Source: an uncultured Acidimicrobiia bacterium (GTDB lineage: Bacteria; Actinomycetota; Acidimicrobiia; Spongiisociales; ZC4RG35). From it: a DNA stretch of 64,000 nucleotides. Positions 11,247-20,042 of the stretch are shown here, in pieces; positions within the stretch are counted from its first letter, which is position 1; the number at the start of each line of letters is the position of its first letter. The position numbers and the translations under genes were made by a program. The DNA lies in the NCBI GenBank assembly GCA_963772815.1, contig CAVYYV010000004.1, positions 15,418-79,417 on the forward strand, read 5' to 3'. A model generated the notes under the pieces. The model saw only the letters and a program-made list of their open reading frames with translations. It made no database searches and had not been told where the DNA came from.

Positions 11247-12418
11247 TTCCGCACGGTGAGATCCTCGCCCTCCGTGGCGAGTGGAATCTACGAGGCGACG
11301 TCATCGAGAAGGACTACGTGCTCGGATGGATGCTCGCCGCCATCGCCCAACAGCCCGAGCTCACGGACACATGGGTGTTCAAGGGAGGGACGTGCCTACG
11401 GAAGTGCTATTACGAGACTTATCGCTTCTCTGAGGATCTGGATTTCACAGTGATCGAGGGAGGACCGGAGACTCCCGAAGACCTGCTCCCAATATTCGCT
11501 GGAGTAGCCGAACGCCTTCTTGATCAGTGCGGGCTCGAGATCTTCGTCGATCAGAAGACCTTTGTACGACAAAGGAACCGCCGAGGAAACCCAACCACGC
11601 AAGGTCGGGTCGCCTTCAGAGGCCCGAGCAATCCACCGAGCCTGCCCAAACTCAAGATCGACCTCACGAGCGACGAGGCGTTCACCGGCCCGCGTCACAG
11701 CCGGCAGGTGCTCCACCCATACAGCGACGCCGAACAGTTGACCTGGGAGGTGACCGCCTACTCCCTACCTGAGTTGCTGGCCGAGAAGATCAGGGCGCTC
11801 GCCGAACGGTGCAGACCACGCGATCTCTACGACGTCGTGAACGTTCATCGACACCCCGATCTCTTGGGAGACCCAGACCCTGTCCGAGCAGGCCTCAAGG
11901 AGAAGTGCGTGTACGTCGGGATTGACGTCCCGACCGCGGACTCAATTGCCGACTCTTCTTTCAAGGATGAACTCGAACAGGAATGGGAGAACATGCTGGG
12001 ACATCAGTTGCCTCATCTTCCTCCCGTAGCCGAGTTCTGGAACTCGCTGAATAGTGCCTTCGGCTGGCTGGAAGGAGAACCCATGGCGGTTCTCGACCGA
12101 GCACCCTTTGATGCCTCGATAGACGCCGCGTGGGTGCCGCCCCGAGCAATGACCACTTGGCGCCGCGCGGCTCCGCTCGAACTGATCCGATTCGCCGGGG
12201 CAAACAGACTGAGAGTTGAGATCGACTACCGACCGGCCGAGGGGCGCTGGGAGCCGCGTGTTGTCGAGCCGTTGTCGTTTCGGATGACTCGCGTGGGACA
12301 CCTGCTCCTCTACGTCATCAACGATCGTGGCCTACTCCGCAGCTATCGGGTGGACAGAATTGCCGGAATCCGTGTGCTCGATGAGAGCTTTACTCCGCGT
12401 TACTTTGTCGAATTCTGA
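11243..12418 (+). CDS. abiEii: AbiEii/AbiGii-family nucleotidyltransferase toxin (DUF1814) with a ~110-aa C-terminal WYL-like domain extension
   Basis: NTase motif 'VFKGGTCLRKCYYETYRFSEDLDFTV'. C-terminus 'LRVEIDYRPAEGRWEPRVVEPLSFRMTRVGHLLLYVINDRGLLRSYRVDRIAGIRVLDESFTPRY' follows the WYL-domain pattern (V.I.Y...R.V.P..L...WYL.A....R.FRLDRI), with WYL replaced by LLY. Confidence 0.8.
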   Translation: MIPHGEILALRGEWNLRGDVIEKDYVLGWMLAAIAQQPELTDTWVFKGGTCLRKCYYETYRFSEDLDFTVIEGGPETPEDLLPIFAGVAERLLDQCGLEIFVDQKTFVRQRNRRGNPTTQGRVAFRGPSNPPSLPKLKIDLTSDEAFTGPRHSRQVLHPYSDAEQLTWEVTAYSLPELLAEKIRALAERCRPRDLYDVVNVHRHPDLLGDPDPVRAGLKEKCVYVGIDVPTADSIADSSFKDELEQEWENMLGHQLPHLPPVAEFWNSLNSAFGWLEGEPMAVLDRAPFDASIDAAWVPPRAMTTWRRAAPLELIRFAGANRLRVEIDYRPAEGRWEPRVVEPLSFRMTRVGHLLLYVINDRGLLRSYRVDRIAGIRVLDESFTPRYFVEF

Positions 12419-12504
12419 TGTCTGACGTATGGCGCCGTCAGGATCGAGCCCCGTGCAACCGTTAACTTGTAGTAAGGAGGACGATGGAAGTCAGCACCAG
12501 GACC

Positions 12505-12625
12505 GACCACGTCTTAACTCCCTCGCGGGAGCCTGGGCAGGTTTGACTCCCGTTTGACCGCGAATTCGGAATCACCCGGTTGGGCCCGTTGTAGCTGGCC
12601 TTTCTGTCCCAACACGTTCCACTTC
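12505..12625 (+). repeat. Copy of the dispersed ~125-bp repeat family, immediately downstream of mazF-like gene
   Basis: 'accacgtcttaactccctcgcgggagcctgggcaggtttgactcccgtttgacc...cccaacacgttccactt' aligns with the copy at 13309-13432. Confidence 0.6.
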
Positions 12626-12634
12626 GCTCGGATT

Positions 12635-12973
12635 TCAGTAGTTCAGGAGCGTCTTGATGACGCTGGCGACTTGTTGGCTGGTGTGGGCGTCGACGCTGCC
12701 GAGTCGATGTACGAGCCGGGCCCGGTTGACCGATCGAATCAGTTCACACTGGACGTAGCTGATCTCGTCGAGCCCGGTGTCTGGGGTCGGTTCGACTTTG
12801 ATGTGGAGGGACAGCCCACGTGGGGTGGTTGTCAGTGGGGTGACGATCACAAACGGGAAGTCCGGTCCGAAGGTTTCGGGCGGACCTACTACCAGGGCGG
12901 GCCGATGAGCTGCCGGCTCTCCAGGGTATGGCTCGCCGAAGTCGACGAGCCATAGGTCATCGATCGATGCCAT
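12635..12973 (-). CDS. mazF: PemK/MazF-family type II toxin (mRNA interferase)
   Basis: 'WLVDFGEPYPGEPAAHRPALVVGPPETFGPDFPFVIVTPLTTTPRG' matches the MazF/Kid fold signature. Overlaps the upstream antitoxin ORF by 17 nt. Confidence 0.8.
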   Translation of the reverse strand: MASIDDLWLVDFGEPYPGEPAAHRPALVVGPPETFGPDFPFVIVTPLTTTPRGLSLHIKVEPTPDTGLDEISYVQCELIRSVNRARLVHRLGSVDAHTSQQVASVIKTLLNY

Positions 12974-13202
12974 CCGCTACCGAGGTTGCGTCCGCTTCGG
13001 CCAGGTATGCCTTCCAGGCGTCTTGGTCGGTCCTGAGTTCTGCCAGTTCGGCAGCCACCTGGTGAGCGAATCGCTGCCTACCGAGTGCCTCGGTGGCGTC
13101 GCGGATGGTTTCGATGAGCGTCCGTCCTGACTCTCTGCTGAGCGCCTGTAGCCGAGCGTGGGTTTGGGTGTCGACCCGGATGGTGGTGGTAGCCATGAAC
13201 AC
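12957..13202 (-). CDS. Ribbon-helix-helix (CopG/ParD-like) antitoxin partnered with the MazF-like toxin
   Basis: 81 aa; N-terminal 'TTIRVDTQTHARLQALSRESGRTLIETIRDA' is RHH-like. Sits immediately upstream of, and overlaps, the toxin gene. Confidence 0.65.
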   Translation of the reverse strand: MFMATTTIRVDTQTHARLQALSRESGRTLIETIRDATEALGRQRFAHQVAAELAELRTDQDAWKAYLAEADATSVADGIDR

Positions 13203-13203
13203 C

Positions 13204-13238
13204 AGTCTACAGATTGTATATATGTGAGTCTACAGACT
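13204..13238 (-). promoter_or_regulatory. Candidate antitoxin operator/promoter: direct repeats AGTCTACAGA flanking a TATATAT element right at the mazE-like start
   Basis: 'cagtctacagattgtatatatgtgagtctacagactc', directly 5' of the start at 13202 on the minus strand. Confidence 0.3.
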
Positions 13239-13308
13239 CGGGGTGACGGATCAGGCAGCGTCGTTCGATCACAGTTGAACAGTTTCCGCTTCCTAGGGCC
13301 CGAAGCGC

Positions 13309-13432
13309 GACAACACGTTCTACGTCCCTACGGGAGCCAGGGCGGTTTGACACCGGTTTGAGGGTGCGCCCCAGATCACGCGGACTTCGCCCGTGGCAGC
13401 TGGCTTCTATGCCCCTACACGTTCTATTGGGC
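13309..13432 (+). repeat. Most complete copy of the dispersed ~125-bp repeat family (terminal direct ACACGTTCTA motifs, internal GGGAGCCAGGGCGGTTTGACACCGGTTTGAGGG box)
   Basis: 'caacacgttctacgtccctacgggagccagggcggtttgacaccggtttgagggtgcgcc...cccctacacgttctattgggcg'. Confidence 0.6.
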
Positions 13433-13519
13433 GTGTCGTCGAGGGCTCCCGCCAGCGGTCCCTCGTCCGGGCCATTCGGCCCTTACCGTCGGGAAGGGCT
13501 CCAGTGATGATCACAACAC

Positions 13520-14032
13520 ATGAGTGACCATGGAGAACCCCCCGCCGGCGGAAGGATCCACAAGCCCTCCCGACTCCTCAAGTTCGTCTTCGACATGCCC
13601 TCCGTCATGTACCGCTGGGGTCTGGGTTGGATGATGGGCAAGCGGATCCTGGCGGTGACCCACACCGGTCGGAGAAGCGGCAAGACATACCAGACGGTCC
13701 TCGAGGTGGCGCTCTTCGATCCCAAGACCGAGGAGAGCATCGTCGCATCCGCCTACGGGACCGAGGCCGACTGGTACCGGAACATCCGGGCCGAGCCCGC
13801 CTCCAGAGTGCAGACGGGACGACTCGACTACACCCCCGAGCAGAGGTTCCTCAGCCCCGAGGAAGCCATGGAGGCTGCGGCGATGTTTTGCCATCGGCAC
13901 CCCTGGGAGGCCAAGCTGGTCCCTCGGGTCCTGCCATCCATCGGGGCGGTCATTCCAAGGGACACCAACGCTGCCCCCGAAGAGTTGTTGGGATCGTTGC
14001 CGATGGTGGGCTTCCGCCCCAAGCGGGACTGA
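13520..14032 (+). CDS. Deazaflavin (F420H2)-dependent nitroreductase family protein (Ddn/PPOX-like, DUF385)
   Basis: 'MPSVMYRWGLGWMMGKRILAVTHTGRRSGKTYQTVLEV...ADWYRNIRAEPASRVQ' matches the Ddn-like family. Paralog at 27883..28377. Confidence 0.8.
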   Translation: MSDHGEPPAGGRIHKPSRLLKFVFDMPSVMYRWGLGWMMGKRILAVTHTGRRSGKTYQTVLEVALFDPKTEESIVASAYGTEADWYRNIRAEPASRVQTGRLDYTPEQRFLSPEEAMEAAAMFCHRHPWEAKLVPRVLPSIGAVIPRDTNAAPEELLGSLPMVGFRPKRD

Positions 14033-14319
14033 GATCTCACGAAAAGCTTTGGGCCCGATCCCGTGATCCACATCGCCACGACAACCCGTCCCATTTCGCT
14101 ATGAGGCCGCCTCCGTCGCCGACTTCGGCTCCTATCACTGGCTCGCTTGGCGCATGTGGGCGACCAGCCTGTCCACCCCTCCTGAGCCGTGTCATCTGTC
14201 CCGGGCCGAGATCGAGGAGCTGGCGGTGGGAAGAGCAGGGGATTGAACCATCAACTGCATCGCTTGCCCTCATGCGAATGCCGCGCCTGCCCGGACACCC
14301 CGATCAAGAATGGCCCAGC

Positions 14320-14913
14320 CTACGAAGGCTGGATGGGCACAGCGCAGACCATTCCCTCGCTGAAGCCGGCAGATCCGACGTCGAGCCCGATGCCGAAGCG
14401 GCCGCGCATGTTCTCCATGGCGATCAGATGGGTCAACTCGACCATCTGGGCCGGGCTGAAGCGGTCGATGAGTTTGTTGAAAAGCTCATCGGAGATTTGT
14501 GCAGGTGTGGAGGTCATCCCGACTGCATAGTCCATGACCAGCCGGTCGGTCTGGTCGAACAATGGACTGGTCGAATAGCTAGGCAGTGCCAGCAGCTCCT
14601 CGTCGCTTAGACCCAGTTGCCGGAAGATCTGAGAGCCAAGGTCGATGCAGTACTCGCATGTAACCAGCGTCGCGGTCTTGATCGCGGCCAGCGCCATGTA
14701 TCGCTGGTCCATCTGGTCGAGTTTGCCGGTCGCTTGCTCGAGGCGGCCATACGCCTTCAGCAAGCCCGGAATATGCGCGTACATCTCGAGCGGCTCGAGC
14801 ATCTGCTCGGGAGCGCATCCTGCGATTCGAGCCAGGTTCCTGCGCGTCAAGGAGTAGACGATCCTCGTGCCGATACCGCTCTCTTTTGCGGCCACTCCCG
14901 TTATGCGAGGCAC
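14320..14913 (-). CDS. Carboxymuconolactone decarboxylase (AhpD-like) family protein
   Basis: CMD-family helical protein with a 'C..C' pair ('TCEYCIDLG'). GTG start with 'aggaga' RBS. Confidence 0.7.
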   Translation of the reverse strand: MPRITGVAAKESGIGTRIVYSLTRRNLARIAGCAPEQMLEPLEMYAHIPGLLKAYGRLEQATGKLDQMDQRYMALAAIKTATLVTCEYCIDLGSQIFRQLGLSDEELLALPSYSTSPLFDQTDRLVMDYAVGMTSTPAQISDELFNKLIDRFSPAQMVELTHLIAMENMRGRFGIGLDVGSAGFSEGMVCAVPIQPS

Positions 14914-15217
14914 TTTTCTCCTATCCGGCGGCTGGACGGAAGCTTACGCCTCGGTTACACGGTCGGCCGCTCACAGTGAACTCTGTGAGGGCAGCTTCCG
15001 GCGGGATGACCGGACGACTCGATTACACCGCGAGCGCTGAACTCTTCTGCTGTGTGGCTGCCCAGATTCTCAGGTCGAAACATCTATCCATAACTCTCGA
15101 TCACCTGCAAGGTGGCTGCGATCTCACTCTCGATCCGGGGCGAACCGAAGTATCCAAGGGTGCCGGCGGCGGTCCGAGGCCAAGCGGTCTTGGGGCTTTT
15201 CTGGGTGGTAAGCGCCG

Positions 15218-16717
15218 TCAGGGCTGTCGGTTCGAGATGCGGAATACCGGGATTTGCTCGGACACCCCCTTCATGGCGCCTGAGACCGGCTCGACGTCAT
15301 AGCCGGCGAGCAGTTGGCCCACACCCTCGGCGTCCAGGATGTCCTGGGTGATGAGGATCTCGCTTGCCCCGGCCAGTTGCTGGGTGCGGGCCGCGATGTT
15401 GACGTTCTGTCCGAAGTAGTCGAGTCGCTCGTTGAGGGTGACGGCTACCGAGTGACCTCTGTGCACTCCCACTTTCAGCTCCATCGGCCGCTCGCGGGCG
15501 GCGGTCTCGTTTCGGATACTGTCCACCATGTCGACGGCTGCCGACACGGCGTGGGTGGGTCTCAGGAAGGTGGCCATCACCGCGTCACCGATGGTCTTCA
15601 CCAAGACGCCGTGGTGTCTCGACACTGCTTTGTCGAGAATGTCGAAGTGGACTCTCACCAGGTTGTAGGCGGTGACGTCGCCTATCTCGTCGTACATTGC
15701 GGTCGAGTCCTTGAGGTCGGTGAACAGGTAGGTCAGGTCTGTGACCGAAAGGCCTTCACCCTCGGGCGGCGCCTCCATTCGAAACAGCCGACGAAACAGG
15801 GGCGTATTGAGGAGTCGTTTCGCCGACAGCGGACCCGAGTTCTCAACGTTGGCGACCACCTCCGCTATGAAGGTCGACGGATACTTGACTATCCAGACGG
15901 GCCATCTCCAGGACGATTCGTTCCTGCAGGTGAGATGAATGCCGCCGGGTCCGACGGCATGGACTGCGGGGAGTAGCAGGGTGCCGATCGGTGTCTCGAT
16001 CGGCACCTTCGAGGTAGGGATTCCCGGGTGGCCCAGCCCGTCGTCATCGAAGGTCAACACGAAGTGCCTGGTGATCTTCTCCTCGTCGCGCAGGACGGCG
16101 AAAGCGATCGACGTCGTCCAGTCACGCACGAGGAGCGTTCCCTCCTCGAGATCGACGTCGAATTCGGCGCGTTCGGCGGGCTCGACATATTGGAGAGCCG
16201 CCGTGACGTCGCGCAGGAGATCCACGGTGGCCATGTCACCGACATTGGTCCGTGCCGCCCGGCTGTAGTGAAAGTCGAACAGCAGCTGTTCGAGGGTCAA
16301 CTCATCGGGGTGATGAAAGACGATCTCCCGGACAACGGGATCGATCGTGAAGACGACCTGGATGACGTCGTCGAGCCTGGATTGGTTTTCCATGTCACAT
16401 AGGGTGCAGTGGAAGTGTGGGTCGACCTCCTCGAGGGCGCGGAAACTCTTGAAGACGTTGCCGCACGACACACAGACGATGTTCCATTCCATCCGGAACA
16501 GGCCGGCGGTGGTCGCCTGGAGGAACAGATCGATCACCGCGGACTGGTCGAGTCCCCTCTCGTCGGCGTATCGAATCGGGTTGACCCTGAACACTTCGAC
16601 ATCCGACGACGTGCCGACGAAGTCACCCAGGCCTTCGACAAGAGCAGCATCGGCACCCGAGGCGATGATTCTCTCAAGACACGAGAGGAGTGATGACTCG
16701 TCGAGTGAAACGCCCAA
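15218..16717 (-). CDS. Class III adenylate/guanylate cyclase with N-terminal Cys-rich (zinc-ribbon-like) regulatory domain
   Basis: C-terminal cyclase domain ('LTYLFTDLKDSTAMYDEIGDV...VKTIGDAVMATF...GVHRGHSVAV...GQNVNIAARTQQLA'). N-terminal domain with 'CVSCGNVF...HCTLCDMEN'. Confidence 0.8.
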   Translation of the reverse strand: MGVSLDESSLLSCLERIIASGADAALVEGLGDFVGTSSDVEVFRVNPIRYADERGLDQSAVIDLFLQATTAGLFRMEWNIVCVSCGNVFKSFRALEEVDPHFHCTLCDMENQSRLDDVIQVVFTIDPVVREIVFHHPDELTLEQLLFDFHYSRAARTNVGDMATVDLLRDVTAALQYVEPAERAEFDVDLEEGTLLVRDWTTSIAFAVLRDEEKITRHFVLTFDDDGLGHPGIPTSKVPIETPIGTLLLPAVHAVGPGGIHLTCRNESSWRWPVWIVKYPSTFIAEVVANVENSGPLSAKRLLNTPLFRRLFRMEAPPEGEGLSVTDLTYLFTDLKDSTAMYDEIGDVTAYNLVRVHFDILDKAVSRHHGVLVKTIGDAVMATFLRPTHAVSAAVDMVDSIRNETAARERPMELKVGVHRGHSVAVTLNERLDYFGQNVNIAARTQQLAGASEILITQDILDAEGVGQLLAGYDVEPVSGAMKGVSEQIPVFRISNRQP

Positions 16718-16751
16718 CAGCCCACCTCCTCTAATCAGTCTCCAAAGGGTG

Positions 16752-17444
16752 TCAGTCTGGGTTCAAGGCGAGTCTCGCAGAGTATCCCCTCCCTGCCTCC
16801 GCCAGTTGTACGAGAGCTACTGTCAGGCGCTTGCGGTCGACCCGGCCGCGGGTCAGCGAAGACTCCCGCTGATCGAGAAGACGGGCCGGGTCGAGGGTTC
16901 CATCATCGCCACACTCTCGCATTGTCACCGCAACCCAAGCGGGATGGGACATCGAAACGTACGCATGCTGGGTAAAGAACACGGTCACCGACCTCCTCAT
17001 CAGCCGGGACCTTCAGAAGATCAAACGGAGCTAGAACGGGACCCATCGCCGTGTTGATCGTGAAAGGGGGGCCCAACGGAGCCATATCGGGGTGATTGGC
17101 CATCGAGATCAGGACGGTGGGAGCAGCGTTAGATGAGCCACGCCTTCGGTGGCGATCAGGCGCCATATCTCGGCCGGGTCCACCGCACGCAGGCATACGT
17201 TGCGTCCCCCGAAGCCGGTAATGGCCTTGGGTGGCCCAACACGTCCTACTTCGGTATTGGCTCCGGCCCGCGCTCCCTTTTCTTGCCACGCGGCCGGGAT
17301 CGGATCGTCGTGTACGAGGTGCCAAAATCCCGAGGTCGCCGATCGCCTCGCAGTTACTGGGTGTCCGAAGTGACGGGCCAACAACGGGCGATCACCAGCC
17401 GTTTGCCGTCGGGCGAGTAACCCCGCATCGCTGAGCACGGGCAA
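16752..17444 (-). pseudogene. Probable remnants of an AMP-dependent synthetase/ligase (acyl-CoA synthetase) gene, split across frames
   Basis: Fragments 'DPAEIWRLIATEGVAHLTLLPP' (ORF 17109..17444) and '...GDDGTLDPARLLDQRESSLTRGRVDRKRLT' (ORF 16752..17000) resemble internal and C-terminal acyl-CoA ligase segments. No intact ORF. Confidence 0.3.
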
Positions 17445-17523
17445 GTCCTGGTCCTAGACTTGTGGTGCTGTCACGCCAGGGTCTCGGCAAGCGAGGCCGG
17501 TTGTCGAAAGATCGGAGTGCGCA

Positions 17524-17805
17524 ATGTCCAAGTACGTGAGCCTGTTCAAGTACAGGGGAGTGATCGAGGGCGGGGGCCCGGAGCGGTTCGCCAAGGTTCA
17601 GCAGATAGCGGTAGCTGAGGGCTGTGAGATCGTTGCGGTCTACGGCCTTCTCGGTCACTACGACATCGTGTCGGTCGCCGAGTGCCCGGACGATCGAGCG
17701 GCGATGAGGTTTGCTGCGAAGGCCGGCAATCTGATCGGTGCCAGGTCTGAGACGATGCCTGCCGTGGATAGGGACGACTTCCTTCAGCTGTTGGCCGAAC
17801 TCTAG
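17524..17805 (+). CDS. GYD-domain protein
   Basis: 93 aa 'MSKYVSLFKYRGVIEGGGPERFAKVQQIAVAEGCEIVAVYGLLGHYDIVSVAECPDDRAAMRFA' is the typical GYD family. Confidence 0.8.
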   Translation: MSKYVSLFKYRGVIEGGGPERFAKVQQIAVAEGCEIVAVYGLLGHYDIVSVAECPDDRAAMRFAAKAGNLIGARSETMPAVDRDDFLQLLAEL

Positions 17806-17949
17806 GTAGAGGTTCGGGACCCGCCTGGAGCGATCGAACGCCCACAGGTCGAGCGTGTGATCTTGCGGGGCGATTGAGTCCTGCAGCTGGGCGCGGTGCC
17901 AGTTGCGGCGTCCCAGAGCTCACCAGATCTCAGTCGGAACCAGCGAGAG

Positions 17950-18040
17950 TGTTGATTCCCGTTTCTTGACGAGACCTGAGCCAAACGGGGGGCCTGACGA
18001 ACGCGTCCCGCCACCGGCCAACACGTTCTATTTCGGCGTT
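17950..18040 (+). repeat. Partial copy of dispersed repeat family (ends in CAACACGTTCTATTTCGG)
   Basis: 'gttgattcccgtttcttgac...ccaacacgttctatttcggcg'. Confidence 0.45.
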
Positions 18041-18358
18041 CGCGGTTCGCCAAGAGTTCCAACGTTGACTCTTGGCAGGTCCTCGCGGCGTGGCGGCGGT
18101 GACGATACCCATGTCGTCTGCGACGTTGGGGAGGGTTCGAGAGTTGCACTCCACCCACACCCCCGCCCCCCACCCCAGAAAGAAGGGCGGCCTACGGCCG
18201 CCGCATCCGACCTGGCGGTCGGTCCCGGCCCGTCCACGCACCCCGCCGACTCCGAGTCCTAGTTCTCCGGGTGTCACCAGTCCTCCGCCCATCCTCGTTG
18301 GTCATGCTGGCCACACCCCCGGCACCGTGATGAACCACCCCTTGGGCCACGGGACCGC

Positions 18359-18805
18359 TTGGGCCACGGGACCCGGCGCCTCCTCCCACCCCACCTGGCC
18401 CAAGCCCTGGCCGATGCCCGCCAGCGCCGTGGGCTGTCCTTGCGCCAGGCCGCCCGGCTGATCGGGATCGACTACGGCTACCTGGGCCCGTTGTGCCGGG
18501 GGGAGCGGTGCCCAAGCAAGGAGGTGGCGGAGCGGTTGATCTGGGGCCTGGATCTGGACTCAGAGGTGGCCGAGGAGTTGCGGGCGGTGGCGGTGGAGCA
18601 CCTATCGACGCAGTGCTTTGCTTCGCTCATGGTTGGCCCTCGGCTGGGGAGGGTTCTCGTAGCCAGACGGCGGCGGTTGCTGGTGCCATGGTCCGCTGGA
18701 TGGTGTCTGAGAGATCATCGACAACCCCCCCAAGTGATACCCCTTCTGCTAGGCGGTCGCTTAAGAGGTCGACTTCTCGTTGAGTGTTGTACTTGCTGCG
18801 GTTGA
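18359..18805 (+). CDS. XRE-family helix-turn-helix protein (copy 1); C-terminal extent uncertain (overlaps the convergent membrane-protein gene)
   Basis: HTH 'LSLRQAARLIGIDYGYLGPLCRGERCPSKEVAERLIWGLDLD'. TTG start. Paralogous copy at 19830-21047. Confidence 0.55.
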   Translation: MGHGTRRLLPPHLAQALADARQRRGLSLRQAARLIGIDYGYLGPLCRGERCPSKEVAERLIWGLDLDSEVAEELRAVAVEHLSTQCFASLMVGPRLGRVLVARRRRLLVPWSAGWCLRDHRQPPQVIPLLLGGRLRGRLLVECCTCCG

Positions 18806-19829
18806 AGCGGTGGTCGACGGCCCGCTGGATGCGTCGGTGAGCGGGATTGAAGATGGCGGCGGCGGCGAGGGTAGAACCGGCGACAACCAGATCGTTGGAT
18901 TCGCCGAGGAGGCGGGCAAGCAGCAAGACGGGGATGGCGTAGACCGCGGCGACCACGGCGGCGACGAGGGCGTAGGTGACGGTCCGGGAGACGATCCGAT
19001 CAATGTCGTACAGGCGGTACCGGGTAATGGCCACTCCGAACGAAACGGGGATCAACATGTAGATCACGAGGACGGTTCCCCAAATGACGTTTCCATTGTC
19101 TCCGGCGGTGAACTTCGGGTCGGCGATGAGCCACCCTAGGAGAACGAGGATGCACACGCCCAGTAGCGCCATGGTGGCGAGCACGGGCTTGTATCGCATG
19201 CGCAGTTCTGGAGTGGCCCGGCGCCCCCTCAGGACCACTCCGACGGCGGCAGCGATGAGGAACGCCGTCACGGCGGCGTTGGTAACGGCGCCGGTTGATT
19301 CGGGGAGCCATGGGAGTCCGGTGGGGTTGGCGCCGATGAGGATGCTGGCGTCGTTGACATCGGTGACTGTGGGGGTGAGGAACCCGCCGAGGACCATTGC
19401 GGTAGCGATCCAACCGGCGATCCTCCACCACCGCGAGGGGCGACCGTCTGGGAAGAGGATGAGCAACCAGGTGAACAGGGCGAACATCAGTGTGAAACCC
19501 CATCCGTCAAGCCAGTCGACCCAGAGAATCGAGAGCCATGGCAAGTCGCTGGCGGTCATTTGGAGGACGACACCTAATCCGCACAGCACCCAGCCGATCG
19601 GATGCGACCCAACCTTGCGCAGGATTATGTAACCGGCGGCATAGAACGGAAGGGCAACAAAGGGACTCAAGTACAGCCCGCCCATCCGAACGCCGACGGC
19701 GACCGCCAGGGCGAGCATAAGTCCGAGGAGCACGAGGGCGGCAGAGCCTGGCGAGACGCTAAGAGGTCGCGTCCTCGTCACTCGGTTGGAAGAGATCTCG
19801 TTCATCGCTGGGCCACTATCGCAGGGCAA
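18627..19829 (-). CDS. Polytopic membrane protein (≥8 TM) with conserved cytoplasmic C-terminal domain; paralog of 21072..22244
   Basis: Hydrophobic helices throughout. C-terminal block 'ITRYRLYDIDRIVSRTVTYALV...AGSTLAAAAIFNPAHRRIQRAVDHRFNRSKY' is shared with the paralog ('ISRYRLFEIDRIISRTVGYGLV...[31 protein letters not shown]'). Confidence 0.75.
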   Translation of the reverse strand: MPCDSGPAMNEISSNRVTRTRPLSVSPGSAALVLLGLMLALAVAVGVRMGGLYLSPFVALPFYAAGYIILRKVGSHPIGWVLCGLGVVLQMTASDLPWLSILWVDWLDGWGFTLMFALFTWLLILFPDGRPSRWWRIAGWIATAMVLGGFLTPTVTDVNDASILIGANPTGLPWLPESTGAVTNAAVTAFLIAAAVGVVLRGRRATPELRMRYKPVLATMALLGVCILVLLGWLIADPKFTAGDNGNVIWGTVLVIYMLIPVSFGVAITRYRLYDIDRIVSRTVTYALVAAVVAAVYAIPVLLLARLLGESNDLVVAGSTLAAAAIFNPAHRRIQRAVDHRFNRSKYNTQREVDLLSDRLAEGVSLGGVVDDLSDTIQRTMAPATAAVWLREPSPAEGQP

Positions 19830-20042
19830 CGTTCCGTCATCGTTACGGAACAGCGCCGTGGGCTGGCCTTGCGTCAGGCCGCCCGGATCATCGGGATTGA
19901 CTACGGCTACCTGGGCCGGTTGTGTCGAGGTGAGCGGTGCCCGAGCAGGGAGGTGGCGGAGCGTTGATCGCGGTGCTGGACCTGGACTCGTGAGGTGTGT
20001 CTGATTTAATGTCGCACGTTCCGGATGTTTCAGACCGCATGG

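Noticed and set aside
10150-13450. Integrase/tRNA-bounded genomic island
   Set aside because: No integrase gene, tRNA or att-like direct repeats were found. Island status rests only on composition and gene content.
14200-14250. tRNA-like T-loop motif (rc of 'gggattgaacc' = GGTTCAATCCC) at ~14227, and 'GGTTCGAG' at ~18142
   Set aside because: Flanking sequence cannot form the T-stem/acceptor stem of a tRNA. No cloverleaf is possible.
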